From NCBI GenBank assembly GCA_043228905.1, contig JBHGNT010000005.1:6324001-6388000 (forward strand): 64,000 nt of DNA, written 5' to 3'. The stretch is from Azolla caroliniana. Taxonomy: Eukaryota; Plantae; Polypodiophyta. This document shows positions 21,050-33,568 of the stretch, in pieces. The stretch's first letter is position 1; every line of letters starts with the position of its first letter. The notes beneath the pieces were generated by a model that ran no database searches, had not been told where the DNA came from, and was given only the letters and a program-made list of their open reading frames with translations. Made by a program: the position numbers and the translations under genes.

Positions 21050-21849
21050 CTAGTAGATCAATGAACTTATAAGTATATGATGCAAACTTCATACTTTTGT
21101 CTAACTTTATGCAATGAATAGTTATGCATCTTTGTTAATTACCAAAGTCAAGTTTATCTCATGTTTTTTTAACTTGAAAGTCTTTGAATTAATTCTTTCA
21201 CAATTAGAATGATTTGAGCAAATGATCTTCTAAAGAATCTTTTTAGGTTAATCAAATCGAGCAATGGTTTCTAACATTATTAAAGATTATTACTTAAGTC
21301 AATAAATTCACATTATCAACTTAAGCATGACGTGAACTTCAAGTTGAAAAGAATTGATATGAAGTCAATCCACTTTATGGACTTACATCTACCTTTCAAT
21401 TTGAGTAGACAAGAAGTGATATGGAGTAAGTTGATTTTATCAACTTAAGCATGATATGATCTTTGAGTAAAAAAGAAGTGAATCCCATTTGATAATCAAC
21501 ATTCAAGCAAAATACAAATGAATGCATACACTATTCATAATTTGTGAGTCTATGGAAACATCAAAACACAACTCATGTAATAAAATATAGGGTAACTTAT
21601 TAAGAATCTCTTACTAATCAATAGACCAAATTGAAGTAAAAGAAATGTGAATATATTGGATAGAAGAACCCAACCCTCTCAACCAACCCCAAGCTACGTT
21701 CAAGACATGGCCAACCTACAATCGACATCCAATACTGATGGATATTAGGATGATTAATGCCTTGGAAGAGGTAACATGATAGTCATGACGAAAGCCTAGC
21801 TCGCACTATTGTGTGTCAAGACTTTAGCCTTTTGATATAATTTGTTTTA

Positions 21850-22162
21850 GGGAAAAGTACCAAGATACCCCTGGAAGTTTGTTTATTTACCAGAATGCCC
21901 CTGGAAGTTCCAAATTTACCAAACTACCCCTATGTCCAAAAAAATACACTTTATAAAGTAAGTACAAAGGACCCAAAGAATCTCTTAAGTAAAGAAATTT
22001 GTGTTTTAAGGGTATTCTGGTAAATAGGGCTTGTAGATTTGAGTGTATAATTACTTTATAAAGTGTATTTTTTTGGACATAGGGGTAGTTTGGTAAATTT
22101 GGAACGTCCAGGGGCATTCTGGTAAATAGACAAACTTCCAGGGGTATCCTGGTACTTTTCCC
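21850..22162. mobile_element. Mutator-like MITE (313 bp)
   Basis: ~110-bp TIRs starting GGGAAAAGTACC; 9-bp TSD TTTGTTTTA (21841-21849 / 22163-22171). Confidence 0.93.
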
Positions 22163-22175
22163 TTTGTTTTATGAG

Positions 22176-22726
22176 TAGCAATCGGCCTGGTTCGGTTCGG
22201 TTTCTTCGCCTTGAAACCAAATTGAACTGAACCAGACCATTTATATAAAACAAAAACCAAACCAAATCGTTTATGAAAAGGTAAACCAAACTATTTAAAT
22301 CAAAACCGTTTAGGGAAAAGTTAAAACCAAACCGAGCCATTTAATAAAAACTTTAAACCTAACCACATTTAAGCCAAACTAATTTAAAAATTAAATAAAT
22401 AAAAATACACTAAATTAAATAAACATTTATGTTTAATTAGTTAATTCAATAAATAAGCATTAACGAAGCCATTAGATTAAATAAACATTTAAGTTAAGTG
22501 AATTAAATCAATAAAAAACATGAATTAAACCATTAAATTACATAAACATTTATGGGATAAAAAAAGTTAGCCCAAAAACCTATAAACCAAACCACTTAAA
22601 CCTATAAATAGATAAACCCCTATTTCAAAACCAAACCAAACCATTTAATTATTTTGGAACTTATAAACCTTTAAACCATGGCTTAATGGTTCGGTTCGGT
22701 TTGAGCCGAAACTAGGCCCATTGTTA
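22176..22726. mobile_element. hAT-family MITE (551 bp)
   Basis: TIRs TAGCAATCGGCC/GGCCCATTGTTA; 8-bp TSD TTTATGAG; subterminal AAACC(G) repeats. Confidence 0.9.
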
Positions 22727-22857
22727 TTTATGAGGGTAGCTAGACCTCATATCCGATCATATTATTCCCTTTCTAACATCCATGAACATGCCCTTCACTT
22801 ATGTTTCATAAATATTAATGACCTACCCTCATATATATTATACATAGTACATACATA

Positions 22858-23361
22858 TAACAATGGGCACGGTTTCGGCTCAAACCGAACCAAATCGTTA
22901 AGCCATGGTTTAACGGTTTATTTGTTTCAAAAAAATGTAATGGTTTGGATTTTCGATAAATGGTTTGGTTTGGTTCTAAAACTCGGGTTTATAGGTTTGG
23001 TTTAAATGTTTATAGGTTTTTGGTTTTTTTTTTTTACCTTAATAGTTTATTAATTTGATGGTTTAATTAATGGTTTTTTATTGATAAAATTAATTTAACT
23101 TAAATATTTATTTAATTTAATGGTTCAATTAAAGTTTCTTTTATTGATTTAATAAATTTAACTTAAATGTTAATTTAATTTAATGTATGTTTGTTTATTT
23201 AGATGTTTAATTATTTTGATTTAAATGGTTAGGTTTAATTTTTTTATTAAATGGTTCGGTTTGGTTTCAACTTTTCCATAAACGGTTTGGTTTAAAAAAT
23301 TTATTAAAAGGTTTGGCTTGGTTTCAACATTTCAACCAAAATCGAACTGTGCCCATTGCTA
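22858..23361. mobile_element. hAT-family MITE (504 bp), same family in the opposite orientation
   Basis: TIRs TAACAATGGGCAC/GTGCCCATTGCTA; 8-bp TSD CATACATA. Confidence 0.9.
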
Positions 23362-23699
23362 CATACATAACACTTGTTCAACCTCGAAAGATATGAAAAG
23401 TGAATTATCATCAATATTATAATTGCTCAAATAACACATATAGATTTGAGAAAAAGAGGGATTACTTAATCATGTAACTACTCAAAGCACATATGTATAT
23501 ATTTTTTATGTTAAACTAAGAGCATTAGGGGAAACAACAAATACTAATGGGTGTTTGGGGAAAATAAAGAACAAGGCGTAGGTATTTCATAGTCTTTTCA
23601 TAAGTATATGATTCAAACTTGGAACAAAACAAACTAAAGGTAATACAAGGTGTGTTCTTTGTAACAACAACGAAGGGGAGGATGAAAGAGAAAGAGAGA

Positions 23700-24640
23700 A
23701 TAGGTTTTTGCTCAAAGACTCACACTTTGACTACCCTAGGTACAGGGTTTGTGGTACAATCGAGGGATGCAAAACAAGTTTGTATTTGTTGCAGTCTCGC
23801 ACGGATAGACCACATATATTTCAGCTTGATACGAGAAGAGATGGGGGGATCCTTCGCTATGTTGGCAAGACTTACCTTATCTTATCACCAAGCAATGAGG
23901 CTAGACCTTAACCCACCCATTGGTAGCAAGGGGAATCTCTTGAATGTGAAAATCCCCGAAGATCATGAAGAGTGCAAAGGTGAAAGCAAGTCTATAGAGA
24001 ATATGGTCAAAGTCCATTGTAGGGGAATCGACCAACAAGGATTTGGAGAAAAAATTGGCCCTCTCCTCCTCCTTTTTACAATAGGAAACCAAGAGGGCCC
24101 TTTAGTAGGTTAGAGCCATGGAAACAAAATTAAGGAAGGTCGTGGTGGTGACGCAACACCTTTTATAGGGAGACCCAGATTGCAATTGGTCTGGAGATAA
24201 GCTGGAGGAGGCAAGGGCGAAGGTGAGGGAACGAACATTTGGAGAAGAATCAAATGTTGTTTAGAAGGGTTGCGGCATGGTGGGCTAGAACAGACGACAA
24301 AGTCAATCAACATTTCTTCAAAAGCAAGCCTCCCAAGGGTGGTGGTGGGCTCATACAAGGGCTATGCAAACCGAACGACTCAATAAAGGGGGACAACGAT
24401 GAGATTCTATAGATGGCAACTCAATACTATTGAAATCTACTCGCATTAGTGCATTTGATGTAGAACACGGAGCTGGCTAATAGGGTGATGACCTACATTC
24501 ACCCCAAGGTAACCCAAGAGACGGAACAAGTGCTCGACAGCTCCATTTCTCAAATAGAACTGTCGGAGGCGTTAAGGGAATTGCAGAGAGGGCATTGGCC
24601 CAACCCCAATGGTCTCTCAAGGGATTTTTCTCAAGGAACT
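23700..24640 (+). mobile_element. Highly decayed L1/Tx1-like LINE fragment
   Basis: ARIDHIYFS (endonuclease-like) and ISQIELSEALREL...PNPNGLSRDF (pre-RT-like) remnants. Confidence 0.5.
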
Positions 24641-26209
24641 ACCAGCCCCCACGGTAGTTGTTTCCTACTCACCTACTACCCTCTCTCCGTTTGTTGAAGG
24701 CCAGAGGATTGGGCTCATGCTGGCTTACGATGAATGTCACTAGTTTATAGCTCTAGGTACCTACCTACTTACATTAACTAGAATGTACAAGAGGATATGT
24801 ACATAGTCTCATATTCTTGAACTTGGCCGAGGGATGATTCCCTGATTTATATATAAGCCACATTGTATAGTCTTTCAGTAAAAATCTCTCCTAACTAATG
24901 GGAAAGTAGCTCCATTTTTGGGGAAAAAAAACATGCCCATTATTATTGCACAAGGTTTATGTTACCTTCACCATGATTCTTTCCCACAAGTAGTAGATCA
25001 AGAATGTTAATAGAAGTAACATCTTGCAAGATTTTGTAACATGGAGGGTCGACTTGTAGATTTTAGGGTGGCAAAGTTTGTGGAAAACAAGGAGTCCATT
25101 ACTCCAAGTAATGATCATCAAAATGTACTTCATTTTTCATGTACGTTTGGTAATTATTACATATTTAAACTTTATTGATCCCATTTGATTGTATCTCAAG
25201 TTAAATACTAATATCTCAAACTCTTACTATTGGGAATGGAAAATAGATGTCATTGTGCAATACCAACAAGGAAAGATATACACCATATGTGTTTTTGTTT
25301 TGATGTGTAGAATGCACCTACACTCTAAAAGTGGAGGGAAGAACCAATCTATTTAGCTTCAAAGTGGTCTTGTTTGAATTGTTAACAATGTTGTGGTTGA
25401 TCGATGTTGAGGTGGGAAAGGCAAGAAATATTGCATAATGTTAGGAACAAAAGTGTTATTGATGATACAATATTGGATGGCAATATAGATGCCTCAACCA
25501 TCATGGTGCTTGGCCATCAACCACCTCATGTTTTACATTTCTCCACACTCTTGATCTTTCACTTGTTCAACCATCTTTCTTTTCCATTGCACTAGAGGAT
25601 GAACACAACATGAGTACATGAATAACTTTATAAAAAAACAAGAAAATTTGTGATGTGATAGTAGAGTGGCCACAAGTTCTTTGTAATTCTTCACTTTGAC
25701 AGTTTCCAAAATCATTTAAATATTTTCCTAATGGTAAGATAAACCAGGATGTAGAACTTTGAAAAGAACTAGCATGTAAACAAAAGACATTGGCGCAAGG
25801 AGAGACAGACATAAGATAAATAGAAAAGGAGAATTGTGGAAACAAAACTCAACATTCAAACAATCAACAAGTTATTTGATCTTGGAAATTTGGGGCAGAA
25901 GATAAGTTGAGAACTTTGGAATCAGATTATAATGTATACATGGTGATACAACGGTCATGGCATAAGAATTGCAGCTTAATCTCTTTAGAAGCTTTCATGT
26001 CCAAAGCAAAGCAGGTAATACAAATCATGTAAAAACTTTGAAGACATGGAGTATGGTGCAGTCAATAACATACAAATTGTGACTGAAAAGCAAAGCAACT
26101 TTCAATGGAGCATAAGGGGAAGGATATATATTCACATGGAGGTGAAGCAGCAGCAGCAGCAAGATATTTCATGATGTAAATGCCAAATGTTTCACATGAT
26201 GATAGATTT

Positions 26210-28557
26210 TCAATACCTAGCTGAAACTGAATGAGACTGGCTTACTGGTTTCGAAGAGTCATCTTCTTCTGAATCATCACTATCACGCATTTCATCTTCC
26301 TCTTCTTCCTCTTCTTCTTCCTCTGTGTGCTCTTCAGAATCAGGTGCTGTTTCCATGACTTGGACCAATCCATGTAAACGACTAAAGTCCGGAGCAACGA
26401 TATCAAGCATCACATTGAGATCCCTGCGTTCCTTTTCATGCCAAGCAGTATTTTTTCCAGAAGCTAGAGAGCTTTCGCTATTCCCAAGATCTTTTCCCTT
26501 TTTACTGTAGGTAAGAGCACTATCGCCTACTTGACTGGCATCAAAATCATGGTGTTGAACTTCACTTACACCCATATCTTCTCCTTCAATCTTCATATGA
26601 CTTTCAGGCCATACAACATTGTTGCAATGCACAGATGGAGGAGTGTTATAAGCCCAACTGCCTGCAGCTTCACAAGTCATTAAATCAAGGGTAATAACCG
26701 GAACACGCTTTTCCGAATCTACAATGCTATCTCCACCTTCATCATTTGACCTGCCTTCAAGTCTTCCCAGCTCATGCTTGGTATCCACAATTCTTGCTTC
26801 TACATTGCATTCCTTTAGATCTATATTATTGTCCGGGAATATGGTTCCTCTACCTTGCATATTACTGCTCCCAGCTTCTATGATTCCATCTCCTGAATGA
26901 ACAACATGGAGATTCTCACTCCTTCCATTCACTAATAGATCAGTATCAATTGTACCTTTTGCATTGACCCCAATATCTAGCAATTGTGTATTGTCTCCTA
27001 CCATCAATTGAGTGTTCTCTCCTCCAAAATCTTTGTTTTGACCACTTTCATCTGCCCCATTGCCTAAAACTTGAGTCTCAGTTTCATTGTGTTCATTTTC
27101 AGGCATACAATCGTGAGCACTCACAGACTCGTCTATTTGAGTATCATCATCTTCACATGGTTTCATGGCCTCTTTGTTTGGTCCACTATGTGCACTACTT
27201 TCAGTGGCCTGGCTACTTGCATCACTCATATATTTTTCCTGTTCATTATTGACTGTCTCATTGTCACCACTTTCATCAGTCTGCTGCGTGGCATCGTCAC
27301 TATCTTTTCTCCTAGTTTCAGTGTCAAGCTCCACTTTATTAGTCTCTGGTCTTAACCCATTACATTGTTCACGGACCATTACTTGAGCTTCTTCTTCTCC
27401 ATCTTCGAGAACACGCATCATTTCCTTCAATTGCTCTTGTTGTTTTTGCTGGAGGGCAGCAACCTCTTCAGCAGTTGAATGGAATGCACGTAATTGTGTT
27501 TCTCTATAAACAAGCATAAAATCAATTAGAAATAGATACCAGCAGTAAAAACTTTATGTTCTTTACAAAGATTACCTCAACACTATTCGTTCTCTGGCAC
27601 CCTGTAGACGCTGCTGCTCTACTGACAAATCATGAATTGCCGTTTCCATTTCAGCTTCCAGAGAAGAAAGCCGTGCCAAAGCTTCCTCTTTTGCAACCTA
27701 AAACATAAAACAATTTCCTCAATCAGAAAACATAATGACGAAGGCATTGTCAAGTACAAGCAATATAAGCACATAAGAAGACTTTGAAAATCAGAAAGCC
27801 AACATAACACAAATGAAAAGAAAACTTGCTTATCAATTGCCAACGGATCTTTGTCAATGCATGTACACAAACACATGTGCAAGTGGGAGAAACAATTTCC
27901 CTTTCAGTTTATAAATATAATACCGATCATGACCTATAAGACCAAAAATATTACATTTCACGTGATACATGTGAAAGCGAGTAGAGAGAGAGAGAGAGAG
28001 AAGGTATTCATATGGAGAGTCATGATTGCTGGGCTCCCATTAGGTTCAGCCTTAAAGAGACGAGGACTAGGGTCTAGCACTTGTTTCTTTTGCACCGTTC
28101 CATTGGAGGATAGTACACATAGGTTCATTAAATGTCCTATAGCGTGTATCATTTGGAAGTACTTATCGAACATTTGGCAAGTTTTAACCCGTTGTTGTTT
28201 GAGACCTCAACAATAGGTTTTTTCTCAATATGTTCAAAATGGATCAAATGATAAGATGGAGATATTGTTCCAATTTTGACGTTATTGGGGTCTACAACAC
28301 AATTGGAATATGCGTAATGCTTTCATGTTTGATAATAGACATGGGGTGAAAGTCTATATAAAGAAGCTTAAAGGTATTCTCATGTGGAATTTTTGGATGT
28401 TAGAGCATGTGGGGATCATTTCCTCAAATGCATATTCAGGTTTTTAATAGCATTACATAACGTCCCTCTCCCTACATAGGCATATGATAGGTAGAGGAGA
28501 CTAGGAAGTGTTGTAATTAGTGGATTTTACATACAATTAATATAATTGTCTGCTTTT

Positions 28558-28609
<52 letters not shown>

Positions 28610-29010
28610 GAGACTAGGAAGTGTTGTAATTAAGTGGATTTTACATACAATTAATATAATTGTCTGCTTTTACCAAAGAGAGAGAGAGAGAATGCTTGCC
28701 TTCTCATTCTGCAAGTCTTGCGTTGCTGACTGGAGTTCTTTTTCTTTTTCAACAAGTTTCTTCACACAAACAGAATGTTCACATTAAAACCTCATTAGAA
28801 GAGCATATGATATATTTTTCAACAAATGAATTAATATAAGTCGTTTGAAACCTTTCGTGCAGCCACTAAGGAAACTTCTTCATCTTGTAACCTTAATTCT
28901 AATGTCCGACTTGTTCGTTCAACTTCTACCAAGGCTTCTCTCGTAGTATCCTGTGAACCCAAAGAGACAGACACTTTTTTCCTTTACAAAACACACACAC
29001 ACACACATAT

Positions 29011-29072
<62 letters not shown>

Positions 29073-32000
29073 GCTGTAACTGCTCTATAATGTAATAATG
29101 TTTAGACACATTAGGTTCATAAATTTTCTGCAATACCAGCTTATGGCGTAATGCTTCAATAAGAGAACGGCTTTCTTGATCTGCTTCCTTAAGCTTGTTT
29201 ATCATTTCTAACTGCTCTCTAAGCTGTTGTGTTGAAGACTCTGATTGACGCTTAAGTTCTTCTGTGGCTTCGCTACGAACTCTTTCTACTGCAGCTTTCA
29301 GATCTGACTCAGCTTTCTCCCTCTCACTTCTTCTTTGAATCTGCTCATCTTCTAATTGCTCTTTCAATTCAAATATATTCAGCTTCTGACTGCAAAACAA
29401 GTGCCATGCCTCAGAAAAACGTTACATTTCAGTAAGATAATTCAGTGTCACATTAAATGTTTCACAATTTAGAAGTTTCCTTCCATTTCAAAAACATGTC
29501 ATGGTTTCATAAAATAAATAAAAATATAACACATGTGTGTGTAGTGTACTGTTTGAAATTGCAAAAATTTCTGATTTTGCCAGTGGGATTTAGAGCAGAA
29601 AGAGAAAACCAACATGAAGGAAAGGAATCTAAAAAGAAAAACTTAAGTTAAGTTTTTCATTTTCTTGATGACAGGCTTTGACTACACCATTATACTAAAT
29701 AGCAATAAAAGCAGTTCACATACCAAGAACAAAATTTTATACCTTTTTATCACTTCATCTGCATCTTTTCGAGACTGAATTGCAGAAGCTAAGCTCCGAT
29801 CTCGATCTTCAAGCTGGGTTTGCTGCTCAGTACACAAGGAGTTGGAAATTTCCAATTCCTTATCCTTCTTCGCAATCTCACTACGGAGCTCTTGTATCTG
29901 ATTCAAGAAAGAAGCCGACAGTGTTTCCCTTAATTCTTTGATCTCCTGAAAACAAACATGAGCTCCCATCATAACATTACAAGTGAGAAGACTTATCCTT
30001 TCAATGTGGGTGAAGGACTGAAAACTCACAGCATCATGCCGTGCTGCAGTAGCACGAGACTCAGTCCGCAGTTTATCTATGGTTAGTAGATGTGCTTCCA
30101 ACTGTTTCCGTAACTCCTGCTTCTCTACAAATGTAAGTTATTTGTTCCAATAACAAATCAACAAAAATCAATACTAACAGTGCAACTAATGAACCATACA
30201 TAGGCCTTAATGCCAATGGAAGACCAAGAAATTTAATCGAAGTTCAAAACATGATCAACAATAAACTACATGCAAAACACAATTGTGATGAATTGCCTCA
30301 TGTCCTCACAACATTCCATAAAAACACTACGTGTATACACAAATTAAAAGTCAGGCATCTGCATTTACCAGCACAATGCATATAAATTGTCACATTCATA
30401 ATAGAAAAGATCTTGCTCAAAAAAATAACAAAATCACCTCATTTGACCGCTGCAATCGTCTTACATCATCTAATGATACTGGACCATCAGGTCCACCTAT
30501 TCCTAATCCTTTGCTACGCTTATTATCACCTGGGTTATACTCTCCAATACCTTCTCCATCTGCAGGGAATGTATTCAGGTTAAACAAGCAAGAAAACAAA
30601 TCTGTGAAAATTAACAATTGATTTTCTCTGTGATACATTTCATCAGATTTTCAAAAAGATTATAGCAGAATAAATACAAACCTAGAAATATAGATTTATA
30701 AATACATAGGTAGAAGCTATATCTGGTTTATGGAGTAGCATAAGTAGTATGGGAAACAAAGTTGGTTTGAATCACATAACTAGCTTGAATCAATATTATA
30801 ACTTGCATTGATAACTTTTATGAACAGCAGTAAAATCATAGAAAATGACAGAAGAAACACAAAATTAATATACTTCGCGCTATGGTCTATATGGAAAGAT
30901 CATTGTTCTGCAGCTTGATAGTTTAACCTTCTTCAAGTACTCCTTGCAACAATCTTTATATGATTGCTATTAACATCTATATATATATAGAAATTATAAT
31001 CAAAAGACCAAACTAGCAATAAAATCTTAGAAAATTACAGAAGAAACACAAAATTAATAGAAAACCGCAAAAGTTTAAAAATTTTAAAGAGGAAGATGGG
31101 AGACAAAAATACTAGAAAGCTCGGTAAACTACATATGCAGTATTTTCTGCTGGGGTTATCAGTGGAAGAAGTAAAAGATCAACAACTCTATGCATAGCAT
31201 GGTTAAAAAATATAACATCTGACAAAATCTGAAGATAAATATGGCATATGATGACTCTAAGATTTATTTTAGAAAACATACTACCAAGGACAGTATTTCA
31301 TTGTCTCAAGTAGATTTTATGCAAAGCTAACTTGGCAGTACCTCCATATTAAAAAGAAAAAATCTTCTGGGTATATTACCATGGAGAGACTTGCGCTTCA
31401 AAGCATTAGCTGAAAATACATTGGACTGATGTTTGATGGGAGTTTGCGCATTTGATTTGAGTTCCTGGTACAAAAATGCAAATGCATTCTCTGCAGGATG
31501 ACCATCAATCACGTAAATGAGAATTGGATTATTGACTAAGGCAAGCAAAAGAACAATTGATAACACTTAAACAAACAACTATAAGATTTGAGCACACTAT
31601 ATTAGCTCTCCCATATAAAGGTGCTCTCACCATGTTCAGGAGCATTCACCAGTGAAATAATATCCCCATCCTTAATCCTTGCCTCTGGGCTGTCCTTTTT
31701 CAGCCTTTGGCAATTAATGAAGGTTCCATTTGAGCTGTAGATATAATTTCAGCTTTATCATTTAAACTAAATGAATTGTGATAACAATGGTAATTTAAGA
31801 GAAAAGAGGTGTCATAAAAAGTAAGTAAACCTGGAATCCTTGACATATACAAGCCAATTCTCTCCAGAGATTATCTCAGAGCCTTGACGATTTTCATTCA
31901 TGCATAGCTTCCTGCGAAAGATTGTGCAATGTTTGCCACTCACATTCACAGAATCAAAGCGGTAAGATGGGTCTTTTACAAGTCGCCCAAAAACATGTTC

Positions 32001-33568
32001 ATCGTCATGTAGGAAAATTTGAGAGCCCTGTTACACAAAAAAATCCTCATTGAAGAAAGTTGAGAAGAACATCATGAGTTATGAGCAAAAAGATACCACA
32101 TCATTAGGTGTTAACAGAGGTTAGAGTGAGCCCATTAGCTATTATCGAAAGTTCAAGAAAAGGTTCCCTCACTCATTAAGAGTCAGGTCGAACTTTTGAG
32201 CTTTCCTACTGGAAAGTTGATAGCTACGTACCTTTTTCCATGTTTTCATGCATGAAACGAAATTTGCTCAGCTAAGTAAAAAGAAAACCAATCTCAACTT
32301 TCAACTTTCAACATCATTAGGTGTGGTATATACTCATGACAGGAAGATGGGAAAAAACCTTGTGTTCACCTTTACGTCACAATCTTTCAATAAACCATAT
32401 AATCAGGCAAAAAGGGAAGAAAAAGAGTTCCTTTGCATGCATGAGTTAGTAGGAAATTAAATGAAATGGTCAAAAGAGGATTTTCTTTTCATGCAAGAAA
32501 TTATGAAAGAAGGCCATCAATTTGTAGGAATTCAAAAGAAACATTAGATGGTACAATCCGATTTGGCTTCCTTTATAACGTTCATAAAAAGATCTCCTTT
32601 TCATGTCAGAATAATTGGCAACAGAAAAATGGCAAAATTTTACAAGAATTTAAGATTCTGTTGTATCTACAAAGCTCAAAAAATGTGCTTGCTTTACGGG
32701 AAATTAAGAAAAAGATACCATAACTTTATTGGAATTTCACAGCAAATTTATACAATTCTATCTGATTTAGTTCATTTTATGGACACTTACAGTAAATCAG
32801 AAAATAGCATAGCTTTATGGGAATTTTAATACAAAATTTAAAAAATTCTATCTGATTTAGTTTATTTTACAGGCAATTCTACCAGGAAAGTTCACAATTT
32901 TCACCTACATTTTAATGACTGCGTGCAACGTTTTTTTTCAGACATGGGATAAATCATCTAATACATAAAATTTTAAAAATGCGAGAAAAAATTCCAGAAT
33001 TAAATAACAAATTGCAAAAACAAAACAATAAACTACAAGATGCCAAATAGTATGCATAAAACGTATAATCAAAAAAATAAGATAAAAACGAATGCATAAA
33101 ACCTTGTGTTCTCAGAAAATCTCCAAAAAAGGAAAAAAAAGAAATAGAATAGATCAATTGAGCCATTAAAAGGAAAATATTTAATGAATAAGTGGAGAAA
33201 AAAATAAAAAATAGATTGAATAATTAAATGCAAACAGAAACGCATTGAATAGACAAAAAAATGCAAAAACTTAATGAACAAATTGGAAAATAAATAAATA
33301 AAAATAAGGATGCAAAAAACGAGCTAAAGGTTTGGCAATGCACCTGTGGTCTAGATTTTGCTTTTTCAGAGATGGCGATGAGTACGCCCCATGAAGCATC
33401 TGGCGAATCATTACTTTTCATGTGCATTCGCCCACCATCGGAGTCCATGACAATTTGAGGAGAAGGTGGAGGAGGAGGAGAGAGCGTGTTTATTTTAGTT
33501 GCAGGATTTTTGCTCTGGTTCCTGACCTGAATACCATCGCTGCTTGTGTCCTGTTGTGGCTCCACCAT
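26210..33568 (-). CDS. SMAD/FHA-domain coiled-coil protein (resembles Arabidopsis AT2G45460), 12 exons, ~958 aa
   Basis: Exons 33568-33344, 32027-31831, 31734-31631, 31490-31380, 30559-30438, 30116-30030, 29945-29743, 29389-29137, 28950-28852, 28759-28700, 27697-27576, 27503-26210 sum to 2877 nt in frame. FHA motifs FGR, SGKHC, DSSSNGTFIN; GLGIGGPDGP; long coiled coil; acidic tail. Confidence 0.88.
28001..28560 (+). mobile_element. 5'-truncated L1/Tx1-like LINE inserted in (AG)n within FHA-gene intron 10
   Basis: zf-RVT-like KVFIWRVMIAGLPLG...CFFC...HRFIKC; flanked by (AG)n on both sides; no poly(A). Confidence 0.85.
28604..28674 (+). repeat. Second copy of the same LINE 3' terminus
   Basis: Near-identical to ~28493-28560, again followed by AG repeats. 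Confidence 0.85.
29016..29068. repeat. (AG)n microsatellite
   Basis: Pure dinucleotide run in an FHA-gene intron. Confidence 0.95.
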
